From: Amoebophrya sp. A120
Lineage: Eukaryota; Protista; Dinoflagellata
Direction of reading: 5' to 3'
Assembly (NCBI GenBank): GCA_905178155.1
Contig: CAJINV010000002.1
Location: 1,463,809-1,527,808, forward strand
DNA length: 64,000 bases
Part shown: positions 25,654 through 37,100 of the stretch, in pieces
Layout: each line of letters opens with the position of its first letter
How positions within the stretch are numbered: the stretch's first letter is position 1
Position numbers and translations under genes: made by a program
The notes under the pieces: model-generated
Told to the model about the DNA's origin: nothing
Seen by the model: the letters and a program-made list of their open reading frames with translations, nothing else
Database searches by the model: none

Positions 25654-28083
25654 CTAGCAGCACTCTGCGGGGTCGCTTCGGACCGTCGGCACCGTTCTCA
25701 AGGCCGGGTCCTTGCCCTCCGCGCCCTCCTCCGCAGTCGTGCCAACATCTTCACTACCGCCAGACCACTGCGACGGCTGCAGCCTTCCGCCACTTCCGTT
25801 TTGATCCACACTCGCACCAGCACTTTGGGGTGGCACGGCGCCCGGACGAGGACCTTCACCAGCAACACCGTTTTTCGCGTGACCGCGAAAGATCTCACCA
25901 CTAGACGCCTGACCGGCGTGTCCCGAACCGGCACGCAACCGCCGCTGCACGAGGTAGAAAACGCTGTCCGCTGGCTTAATCGAGACTGAGAAATCCGCGG
26001 GCAAATCTTCCGCAATAATTTCTCCCTTGTTCCACGCGTCTGCGACTGAATATTCGAACTTGTTGCTCAAAAAATCCCGTTTTTCCTTCCCGCACACCTT
26101 CCTCCCGCTTCCGATTCCCGCAAACGGTAAGCGGTTCGACGGGTAGGGGACCATACAAAGAAACTCGTTTTTCCCTCCGATCATCCCATGTGGACACTCG
26201 TTATCCTTGCAGCAATACGCCCTCGGGATCGTGCTGTCATCTACTACTTCGGGCGTAGAAGTTGTTCCGCTTGTTCCACCACCACTGAAATACGAGTGCC
26301 TTGGTTCACACGCCGCACAAACGCCACTCGAGAAGTTGTTCTCTCCCCCGGCGCACACATCGCCACATTTCTCGCCGGAAGAGAGATAGGTGATTTCATC
26401 CGAGATAGCTTTCCTCGTCGATTCTTCAAGCTGCAAAGACTCCAGTTCACCAGTTCCAGAATCCGTCAAGACTACCGGCGGCAGCAAATCTTCCGCCTGT
26501 CTGGCTCGCCGGTCGATATCCAAAACGGGCGTTTGGAAAATTTCCGCCAGCATGCAGGGTGTGAGGTTTACATCGAAAGTCGTTTTATCATCCGAATTCA
26601 AAAGCAACACCGCCTGCCGTACCGTCCTGCCATTCCGTGCATGGTCCTCCCGTCGATTCTTTTTTGTGTCCATCACGACTTCCGCATCTGAAGCTCCTGT
26701 GCCGATTTGTCGAAAAACTTCGTCTAAAGCTTCGCTCTCTCCCGGAACAGGTAGGACTTTCGTGTGCAACGTCAAAGTGTTCCGATAAAACGCTGGCGAA
26801 GGCTGCACAGAAAGGCAGAGATTTTCGGTGTTGTCGAGCTTCAACCGGCCAGTGTTGGTCTCCGGATCGTTATCCGCCCAGGAGAAAGTGGAACAAGGTG
26901 TATCACTTTCCGACGCCGTCTCTTGCCTCGTAAACCCGAAACCCGTCCGCCGGTCAACTAGTAGTACACTGTTCATCGAGTTGTCGTCCACAGTAGGGAT
27001 CATGCAAGAGCCCGTTTCCCGGTCGATTAACCTTTTCTCCTGCTCGGAAAAGTAAACTTGGGACTTTTCGAGATTTCTGCCGACCTTCTCGCAGGGATAC
27101 GCGGCCAACATCGCATTTTTACCTGCGGCTCCATGATCGTCGGTGATTTTCAGACAGTAGGCATTAGTTTTTCCTCCAGAAAGATGAAGATTGAAATTCC
27201 TCCCCGTCGCAGCCTCGTAAAGTTTCTCGTTCACGCGAAAGTAAACCCCTGAATCCTCGTCATTTTGGAAAAAACCCGTTTCTAACCCGGACAAAGACTT
27301 CTGGTCAACCGTTTTTTGTCCTAAATCAGTGCAATCCCTTGCCCAGAGGAAAAGCGTGTCGACCTCCGGTTGTGGTTCCCAGCTGTACATTCTTCTCCCC
27401 AAGTCCCCGCTCCAGGCGTTGTTCACCGCGACCGCAATTTCACTGTTTCGCATCTTCTGGATGTATTGGACCTTTTGGTTGCCACGTACGTCCTCCAAGC
27501 CGAGGACCGGCAGGGCCACTGTTATCGCGGATGCGGCGACAGCAAGGGCCTGATTTTGTTCCTGTTCCAATGCGCGGGGGTTCAACGGCTTTTCGAACAA
27601 AGTGTCGAAATCAGTGAGAAGGAACTCTCTACTGGAAAGCCGGAGGGAAGATGACCTTGCGCTGGTGTCGTGCTGGAGTAAAGATGGCGGCGACATCGTG
27701 GCTTTTGCCTTTTGATCATGCGTCTCGTCCACCTCTGCCGCCACTGGAAGAACGTCTGTTGTTGTTGTATCATTCCGATTTGTAAGAAGAAGGCTCTCGC
27801 TGACCACATCGGTTGTCTTCTCTAAGCGGTCCGGCTCCTTGTCCTGGGTTTCTAGAACGGAGGAGGCGGAAAAAAGTGCTGTTGTATCTGTGGATCGGCC
27901 GTGAAGGAGGGCGGGTTTTGATGAAGATAATGCTGTGCCAGCAGTTGTTCTACGGGAGGCAGTAGTTGTCCTTCTTCTTTCCCGCGTTTTCGTGACGGTG
28001 GCCTGGAGGGCGAGGGCCTGTTCCTGCGTCGCTGCGGAAATGGCCGCGAGTAGGGTAGTGAACCGCGGCCTTCGAGCACGCAT
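25654..28083 (-). CDS. Secreted protein with alpha-galactosidase (GH27) C-terminal-like segments and a ricin-B-lectin-like region (809 aa)
   Basis: Hydrophobic N-terminus. NSEIAVAVNNAWSG, AVLLLN and YSVADAWNK..SVSIKPADSVFYLV resemble the melibiase C-terminal domain. Spaced CL/C motifs resemble a ricin trefoil. No GH27 catalytic motifs seen. Confidence 0.6.
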   Translation of the reverse strand: MRARRPRFTTLLAAISAATQEQALALQATVTKTRERRRTTTASRRTTAGTALSSSKPALLHGRSTDTTALFSASSVLETQDKEPDRLEKTTDVVSESLLLTNRNDTTTTDVLPVAAEVDETHDQKAKATMSPPSLLQHDTSARSSSLRLSSREFLLTDFDTLFEKPLNPRALEQEQNQALAVAASAITVALPVLGLEDVRGNQKVQYIQKMRNSEIAVAVNNAWSGDLGRRMYSWEPQPEVDTLFLWARDCTDLGQKTVDQKSLSGLETGFFQNDEDSGVYFRVNEKLYEAATGRNFNLHLSGGKTNAYCLKITDDHGAAGKNAMLAAYPCEKVGRNLEKSQVYFSEQEKRLIDRETGSCMIPTVDDNSMNSVLLVDRRTGFGFTRQETASESDTPCSTFSWADNDPETNTGRLKLDNTENLCLSVQPSPAFYRNTLTLHTKVLPVPGESEALDEVFRQIGTGASDAEVVMDTKKNRREDHARNGRTVRQAVLLLNSDDKTTFDVNLTPCMLAEIFQTPVLDIDRRARQAEDLLPPVVLTDSGTGELESLQLEESTRKAISDEITYLSSGEKCGDVCAGGENNFSSGVCAACEPRHSYFSGGGTSGTTSTPEVVDDSTIPRAYCCKDNECPHGMIGGKNEFLCMVPYPSNRLPFAGIGSGRKVCGKEKRDFLSNKFEYSVADAWNKGEIIAEDLPADFSVSIKPADSVFYLVQRRLRAGSGHAGQASSGEIFRGHAKNGVAGEGPRPGAVPPQSAGASVDQNGSGGRLQPSQWSGGSEDVGTTAEEGAEGKDPALRTVPTVRSDPAECC

Positions 28084-30292
28084 GGGGCAGGTAGTGCGTT
28101 TTGAAGAGGTTTTGAATAAAATTCAATTCTGGCAAAAAGTGTGCTTAAAATGAAATTGATTTAGTTGTCAACTTTGATACCAAAACGACAGAGAAAAGTA
28201 GGCGTGAGTCAAAGTAGTTTGGGTTGCAGATGAGAGAGCTAGAGCTATAGGAGTAGAATAACGAAAAAGAGAGGACCTGCGGGCTATAGGATAGTGCAGC
28301 ATTACTTGCAAAAAAATGACTCGCGATTCACGCAAACTTGGCTAACAGAGTGCTCAAGAGAAAACTGGACAAAAACTGAGAGCACGACAAGAAGACGAAG
28401 AAAGTTTGAGGACGAAAGGAAAGTCACTTGCGCTGCCGCTAGTTGTACGAAAGATTCGCTACGATCGAGATGAGAGCACAGCACGATGCTGTACCAATGG
28501 TAACAAATTCTGACGATAAAGGGACGAGTGAGCCTTTGTGGCTCCGATTCAACACGGCGTCACATTGTAATTGTAGACACGGAAAACGACAAATGGGTGA
28601 ACACGCCATGCCAAGTGGCGGTGGACAAAGCGGAAGTGATAGCCGAAGCTGCGCCGCAGCCACGGGCGAAGGAGTTTCTTGTCCATACAATGATCGCACG
28701 AGCAAAAGGTGCGGGGCCTCAGTCACCGTGCGTACCAGGTGGCGCAGACCCGACAAAGAAGCAGCGGCCCAAGAGACCCTAGGCTGCGCCGCGTGGTGCT
28801 ACTTGCCCGCCGGCGCGCCAGCTCCACAGACAAGTTTCCACGCCCGACCGGGCGGCGCGACGCGGAAAGGCCGGGCGCCCCCTGCTTCGTTTTCCACGCC
28901 CCGCGCCGGGCGGGCCCATTTCGGGTGGGAAGGCGCGCAAGGAGTTGGGCGCAGACCCCGCCAATGCCGCGAGCGAAGGAGCGCCCCCGAGGCAGGCCGT
29001 CGCGCTGCCGGGGCCGGGCGCCCGGCCAAGCGAGCGCGGGGGCGGCCGCGCTGCAGCTTGCGCAGATCGGTGGCAAACAAAAACGAAGCGGAGCGCGTTG
29101 GGGCCGCGGTTTCGCAGTGGGTGTAGGGACGCGGGCCGCGGAGCGCCCGCCGGGCTGTATGATGCGAAGCTAATTCGATCCCTTCTTTGCCGCGGCCGCG
29201 GCGCCCGAAATTCTTCGCGTACTTTCCCAGGTGCTGCGCTACGCGGCTTGCGGGCGCCAGGCGACCCGCACCGCGCCCCCGCGCCTGGCGCGCCCCGGGC
29301 CGGGCAAGCCTACAACGCGCGCGGGCTATTGCATTCCCTGCGCGCCAACTAGCGCCCCCCGGTACCCGCCGAAAGGGTAAGCGCGTGCGGGTCGCAGGCC
29401 ATTCGCCAACAGGGTGGCGAAGGCCGGCCGCGCCATCAGACCAACGGCGACCCTGGCGCGCACCTTCGTCCGCCGAAACAATGAAGGCGCCCCCTGTATA
29501 CTCCGCCAGAGCCTTCCGAACGACCGCCAGCGGCGTGTGTCCCTCCGCGCCGGCCACCATGGGCATGGCGGTGCTGGGCATAGCAGGGCGGGGGCCCTTC
29601 TTTCCTTCTTCCGCCCATCCTTGGAAGGGGGTTGCGCGGCCAGCTGCTGCGCCGCCCGCCCCCACAGCGGTGGCGCCGCGCGCTCGCGGGTCTTGCGCCT
29701 GCCGCCATTCATAAGGCGGGCGGCCCGCTTTTCCCGCGACGCCTTCCGTCGCCCCACAGTGTTTGCGCCTCCCGCCACCTGCGCGGCCCCAGGTCTTCCA
29801 ACTGGCCACGCTCTCGGCTGGCGCGTCTTTGTGGAAAGCGCCCCGGGGGTGTCCGGTGGCTACGCCTTCCACATCGGACAGCTTGGCGCCGTCGTCTTTA
29901 AGTTTCTCCATTGATGGCATTTCATACATGCAGCCCCGACACCGGAATCGCATCTGCTCGCTTTGGCAGGTGCAGTCTCACACCCGAGCACGCCAGCCGC
30001 TGGCACCTCGTTCCAATAGAACACACCTTGACAGGATGGCTTAGAAGAAAGAACCGCTCTTCGTCTTCGAACTCAAGACAGGCAGGTTGAGCACCACAAA
30101 CAGAGCTCCAGCACTACGGCAAAATTGAATAAAAACCTTGTCACGAGACGGGGACCTGTGCCTCAAAATCTTTGCTCACCAAATTCTGCGCAAAAAAACC
30201 AAACACTTTCAATGTCAATCTGGAGGGAGAAATCAACTACTTAAACTTCATCACGTCATCAAGACCGCCCCCGTTTCATTTCCTTTCCCCAG

Positions 30293-31759
30293 CTACTTCC
30301 CGTACCCCAGCGGATCGAACATGACATTCAAACTTCCCCGTTCCGACATGAAGGTAGAACTCCCGTGCACCCCCGCCGCGTCGTGGTGGTGATCCTCGTC
30401 ATCCTCCTCCTGTTCTCCGCCGTAAAAGTAATTCGCCCGCACGGATTTCTTCCGGTACATCTCCGCCCGCAGCTCGTCCGGCGTTTGTTCCCTCCCCCGC
30501 TGCATCACCGCCTGCATGTTCCCACTGCTACCTTCTCCCGGCCGGCTGGCGAAGTTCGCCGCCCGGCTCCCCGGGCCGCCGGAGGCCATGCCGGATGATA
30601 GGCCACCACCTAACCCGCTGTCTGTTGGCATTACCGCGTTCCGGTCGCGGCGTCTTTTCGGAGAGTTTGATGATGTAGCCGTGCCAGGTTCCTCCTGTGG
30701 CTGAACTGGGCCGTTCTGCTCTTCTTTCGGCGCGAAGATATTTTCCAAAATGCTGGTCAAAGACTCGCTATCCCTGTTCCCCGCCCCCGCCATTTGCGAT
30801 TCGTGCAGATGTCGTCGCGCGGACAATGGTTCGTATACCTGCTGATCCAAGTCCGCTATTCTTTCGTAGGGGCGCAACGCGGCAATTGTGCCGGAGATCG
30901 CGTCGGAGTCGCGGACTTGCAGCTTCACGGTCAGGCTGATCGTGAAGTACACAATCAATAAAAAGAAGAAGATCATCGGAGGTAAAACCATTCGGTGCGT
31001 GATGGATGTCAGCTTGTCCTCCTTCGCGGGGTGCAGAATGACGACTTGCAATACGTGGCTGATCAAGTAGCAGAGCAGACACGCGACGAACTGGAGGTAA
31101 AGCACTTTCTGCTCGTTGCGAAGGTTATCAACAGCGATGTTGACCTTGTAATATATGTGGCAATATTGATTTTGATTTTGTGTCAAGCTCAACATGCCAA
31201 TCCTGCATGACAGACTGAGCTCTGTTGTGAACAACTCGCAACACAAATTCAAATTCTATCCGAAGAAACAAATGTATACCGACGTCGCCCCCAGGCTCCC
31301 CCGCAACGCCAGACTCTTCCCGAAGATCACGCTGAAGATACAGGTGACTGCGATCGATAACGCCAAACCCAGTGAGACCGCCGTGAAAACGACGTAGACA
31401 AATTCCATCTGAAGAGAAGTAGTCTTCGCCGGGACGGAGTTGGTCAGCTGATCGTACGCGAAACCGGCAAGCATGGTGGACGAAACCGTATCCACAGCAA
31501 ATGTTGCCCCGTGCACGATGCAGAAATTACAATCAGGATTATGCGGTTTCCGCATGACAAACTACAAGGGGCGTGCTCTAACTTGGTGAAATTTGTGATG
31601 CGTTTTTGACGTCGCTCGTCGTGTGCGGGAAAAAATTTGTATTGCATAAACCGCCATGGTGTCGTAGTTGGAGCAGTACCAGTCGAGCTCCAGCTGCCGC
31701 AGGTCGATCTGCTCCTTGGAGACCTGGGTCACGACTTGGTTCTTGTACAGCTGCAGCAT
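30293..31759 (-). CDS. Four-TM protein of Orai-like type (~388 aa), 3 exons
   Basis: Reads ELDWYCSNYDTMA/VSSTMLAGFAY..LALRGSLGATS/VNIAVDNL with four hydrophobic helices. Has a GT-AG intron at 31145-31279 and an introner at 31489-31648. Family assignment is from motif recall only. Confidence 0.65.
31489..31648. mobile_element. Introner family E (160 bp)
   Basis: TIR tatccacagcaaatgttgccccgtgcacga versus rc tatgcaatacaaattttttcccgcacacga. TSD aaccg/aaccg. Frame restored. Confidence 0.85.
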
Positions 31760-34137
31760 CTTTTATCAGGTAGGTTTTTTGCCCGAGGTCGACGGTGCCA
31801 GCTCAAACAAAGCTTCTTATTGTTACTCGTCCAAAACAATTTTCAATTGCTGTTCACCAACACGACCTTCATGGCGCTTGTTTAGTGCGTTTTCTTCCCT
31901 CAATCGCAGACGCCACTCGTGCAACCAGCAGACTCACTCGCGCAAGCAGCAGACTCGAGAACAACTACGCTGTCCGACATTCAACGGACCAGGCCATGCC
32001 TCCACTGGCTGGTCTGGCATCGCTTCGCGCAGAGGAGGCAGAGGCAGATCAATACTTGCGCCCACCTGCAGCGTGGCCGAGCGTCACTCGGCCTCACATG
32101 ATACACAGCCGGCAACATGCGAAAACGTAGTCGGCCGGCCGCACGAAGGTTGCCAAGCAAAGGCCCGCGAACAGGGGCGCGGCTGGTAGGGCAAACACCC
32201 CACAACGGGCGCGCCCGGGCCGACGGGCAAATACGCCGCGCGCGCCTCGCTCCAAAAATACGCCCCAATGAGGGGCCCGGGCCTTCTTCGCCCGCAACCA
32301 CAAAGCCCAGCCGGGAGGGGCGGGGGCCACGAAAGAGGCCCGGCGGGGCTGTGAAACCACCCCGCCCGGGCCCGACCGGGGCCTGCAGACCAGAGGGCCC
32401 ACCGACCAAAAAACACCGAAGGGGCCCGGCCCCCTCGAAAGGAACAGCAACCAAGCCGCGCGCCCCGCCGTTTCGCAGTCTGCGGCGGCATACATTCCGC
32501 CGGTCTGCGTCGGCAAATGCTCCGAGGCGCGCGCGGTTCCGGGGGTCATCCTTCTTGCGGAACCTCCGGCGCCTATCGGTTTTCTTCTCCAGCGAAGCTC
32601 CGAGGTAGCGCGCGGCCCGCCACTGTCCTCCTGCTTTTCCCTGCTCGCCGCTGGCCGTCCCATCCTGCAGCCGCGCCCCCGGCCGGGGGTTTTGTTGGTG
32701 CCTTCGCCCCGGAGGACTTGGAGAGCCCCCGCCGCCCGGGCCCCCGCCCAGGCTCGGGGGGCGGCGGCCGCAGGCGCGCACGCGGGTGGCTACCACGTAG
32801 CCAGCTACTTTAGCACCGACCCCGCGCCGCAGGGCCCGGACCAGCGCGCCGAACTCGCGGCAGGCCGGCGCCCAAGTGTGCGCCGGCTGCTGCGCTTGTA
32901 GCCGAGCCGGATGGCGCGGGCGTCCTCGTAGGCGTGCGTGGCTTGGATGTGTCCGGCCTCCCGCACCCATTAGCGGCGCGGTGGTAAGTATCTGGAAAAC
33001 CCGCCCGCGAACATTTCGGAGACCCCCTGCGCCCTCATGGCTGGGGGCAAGAGCACCCGCACACAGGCTTCGACATCGCCCAACCATGAAAGTGAATCAG
33101 TCGTCGAGGCGCCTGCAAACTATACGCAGCGCCAACGCGCCGCGTCTGCAAACAAACACCCGCAGCCATGCACTCCTCTCTCAGTGTTGAACCAACGTCA
33201 TGCTGTAGCGTGAACAACAACAATCCGACAAGAGCAAGACTGCATATGAGCATCGTTGCACCAGCTTCAAATGCGGGCATCATATCATCCGCGCCCTCAA
33301 GAGAGAACAAAACATTCTCGCCAGCCTTACTGCATCCACACCAACTTTTCCACCATCACAAGTCCGGTGCTCAAGGAGTTTCATTTTTGTAGCGCTAGCA
33401 TCATCACCTGCAACTAGGCAACATCTTCGAGTAGATACAAGACATTTCAATTCCGTTGTAGCTTTGGCTCTCATAGCCTCGTCCATTCTTATCTCGGTTT
33501 TTTGTACAGGTAGAATAAGCTGCTTTTTAGTTCACCGGTAGCAAAAGCTAGTTTGAAACATTTTCGAGATAGGAGATAGTCAGGTCGTTGAAGAGAAGAT
33601 TTTAGCTTTACGAAACAGGGAAAAAGCCCACAAACAGGCTTCGAGTTAATATCACAGTCAGTCATTATTGCGAGGTCTGATAGAGGTATCTTGATCTTTG
33701 CTGTATACGAAAAAGTTGTAACAGATGCAAGTACGAAGACGAAGAAGCGCTTGTCTTCTTCTCAGCATTAACATTGGTTGTGAGTTGATTTTCGCCGATA
33801 TTTTTCTTTCTCATAAAACTGCCAAAGTTGAAACCTGTAATATTCGTCATTTTCACATAAGTAGCTTAGTTCGTATCTCAAGCCAGTTTCCCATGCGGGG
33901 AAAAAAGCGAATCGCTAATTTTTCTCGCGGTAATTGATTCTGAAATTACCAACATAGGTGCGCGCAACTAATTCACTGCAGAACTGTTTTCTTCAGTTAG
34001 CAGCGGAAGATTTTACGGAAATAATGGTTTAGTTCTAATTGATTCGTGTGAAAATCACATCTGCCCCTGACGAAGCAGCAAGCATACATATCTTCACTTC
34101 TTTCCTCCACCTAATTTCCACTCACATTCTCCACCCC

Positions 34138-37100
34138 CTACAAACTCCGATCCTTATTCCGTCTCTTCCTCTGTTTCCGCGCCGTGTCTTCCTCCGGATC
34201 GAATTCCCCCTGAAAGTCAAATTCGTTCGGCTCCGCCAACTGCGGTCGGTTCGACTGTCTGCTAGACCTAGAATGACTCCTAATCGAATTCGACCCCGTG
34301 TTCGGCCGGGACTCCGAAAACTCCCCGGCAAATAACTCGCCCGAGATTTCCCGGCTGTGGTGGGCGGAAGAGAGGTTTTCCCTGTCCCGGTCTCCGCCCC
34401 TGGATTTACTAGACCTGGAGGATTTCCTTTTCTTTCTCGACGATTTCGAGTCCCGCAGAGAATCATTTTCCCCGTAGGAAGAACTATCCGGACGGATCAG
34501 AATGTTCCCAAACGGGTCTGGGGTGGCGAATTCCGTGGCGAAAGTGACCTGTTGGTTCTGGGAGTTGTTGAAATTCGACTGGGAAAGCACTTGCTGAGTG
34601 GAGATCGACGCGGAGGAGGAAGTGCCAGGGCGATGTTGGAACTCTGAGGTTCCCGGCCGGCCGACGCTGTTAGTACTGTTATTCCCCTGTGTAGTCATGC
34701 CGTTATTTGCACCAGCCTGCGTCGCCGTCGCCGGTTCGTCAAATGGGAAGAGGTTATCTGCATTTCCGCTCGACGTTCCTGGCCTTGTCCCCGGCTGATT
34801 TCCTGGCGGGAACATCGATTGCTGGGTCCCCGGCCGAGAAAAACTCACCATCGAGCCCGCGGCGGAGGAATTTGGTCTAGTTGACTGCTGTTCTACGTTA
34901 TCATTCGGTGCGAACATGGAAGCCGCTTGGGGATCGCCCGCCCAGATGGTCGGCATGTTGTTCTCTAAAATGAATTGGTCGTCTTCTTCAAATTCATCAT
35001 CGGAGTAATTTTCCTCTGGCGTGGCGGATTCTCCTTGCTGTGCTGTTGTCGTCGTTATAGGTGCTGCAACCTGCGCTGTACTTGTTGTCTGTTGTGCGCT
35101 TGTTCGCGGCTGTTGTTCCCCTGCTCGCCTCTGCTCTCTCTCCCTCGTCGTGCTTTGACTCGAGGCTGGCGGCGAAGGCTGCTTCGCAGTGGACGACGGC
35201 CTTGTACCCCCGTGCTGCGTATGGATTGCAGAGATGTCTGGGTCTGGAAAAGTGCAAGGTTTGTCATGCTAGGCTAGCAAGACTCTTAAGTCTGTCGTGC
35301 GCGTTACCCAAAGGCGCTATTTTTCTGTGATGCAAAAACGCAGTTTGTCATGCGGAATAGGCAAGGCTCAGAAGCTCAGAAACTTGTCATGCTGAGCCAT
35401 CATGTGTGGCATCCACATTCTAACTCGCTCAGCATTACAAGTTTCCAGACCCAGACATTTTTGCATCTGATACTGCGGCCGTTGCGAAGATTGGGAGGAG
35501 GTTGTCGCCCCCGGGTTCCCTCGGGAAGAGGAAGACGCAGCTGGCGTTTTTCCCCTAGAATTTGCTCCACCACTGCTTCCAGGTACTTTCCTTTCCGAGG
35601 ATGATTTCGTAGACGGCCGGTTCCTCGCCCCGGATGAGGCAGCAGGGGTTGTCATCCGCCCAGCATTTGTCGTGCTGCTTTCCCGACTAGAAGGCACAGC
35701 GCCCCGACTTCTCGGCGGCACGGCCGCTGGCTTCTCCCCCGGCGTCATGTCGTCACTCACACCAAACGGCAGCAATCTTTGTTGCAACTTGTCCTGGTTC
35801 TCTACCAATTCCAACTTCCCGGTTCTCGTGTCCATTCCGACATGATTTTGCACCGCCGCCCCTAAAGGCGATTCCGACCCAAGAACATTGTCCTGCGGGG
35901 AAAAAATCTCATTCTCCGCTACGGTCGGAAACGGGAAGTGCTCCACCTGGTTCTGATTTTCCTTCTGCCCCTCGGAAGAGCCAGCCGTGGAAATGGATAA
36001 ATGGGAAGAAGATGTTCGAGGCGGTTTAGAAGTGCTGCTGCTTTTCTTCTGCCCACCTTGGCTGCTTTTCGACGCCGATGTTCCCGCTTTCATCTTCCCA
36101 GATGATGACACTAATTTCCCTCCGGAACCAATCGCAGTAGATCCGGAACTTGTCACGTTCCTTTCCAGAAATTCCGTTTGCGCGGTGGTTGGTTTGGAAA
36201 AGGTGTGGTCACCCTCGTTGTTCATGTATCAAATGCAAATATGCCTGGGTCTGGACGATTTCACGACTTGTCATGCAGGTGCAACGTGACCCATAAAGTC
36301 TGGAATGCAGGACCTGGCATGACAGATTCTGTGACATGTGTATCATGCCTATTCTGCATGGAAAACTCCCTCCCATCCTGGTCAAAAATGAACAGCTTGT
36401 TTTGATGGTAGCTACGCAACACAAATTTTTGCATGCATGGTCCAGATTTAGCATGACAAGTCTTGCACTCTTCCAGATCCAGACACTTTTGCAATGCATA
36501 TCATGGGTGTTTCCTCAACTTCCTCCTGCTCAAACTCCTCGTTTTGGTACTGTTCATCATCTGACGCAATGGGCTCGTCGAGTGGTTCGGTTTGTTCTGC
36601 CGGTTTTACTTGATTTTGCTCCGTTTCGCTCGTTGTCGCCGGAGCGGTACCAGAACCGGACTCCTCCTCAGTACCGGAGACAACTTTATCGTCAGAACCA
36701 CTTGGCATCGGAAATTCCTCGGAGTCTAGTTTTGAAGTGTCCGTCATTTTCGATTCTTTCGAGGTGGTAGATTGATGCTGTTTCTTCTTCTTCGCTGCCG
36801 GATCGGTTGTTTTCTTTCTCTTCGGAGAAGTTGTAGTTGTTTTCTTTTTCGAATTCACGTCCGACCCGCTGCCTGACAACAGCATCTCCACCTGGTCCCC
36901 CGCGTAGGGGCTCGCCAATGGCTTCGTGGTCGAATGTTCCTTACTGGTGCCCTATCAAATGCAAATATGTCTGGGTCTGGAGCAAGAATGTGAGATCTGT
37001 CATGCAGTTTTTGCCTGACCCTGATCGTCTGGCATGCAAGCTCTAGCATTACAGACTTTGTTGAGCAGGTGCCCCAATGCCTAATCCGCATGACAAATCA

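Noticed and set aside
33035-33486. Short hydrophobic ORFs as a small gene
   Set aside because: No motif or splice support. They lie in a probable UTR or intergenic flank.
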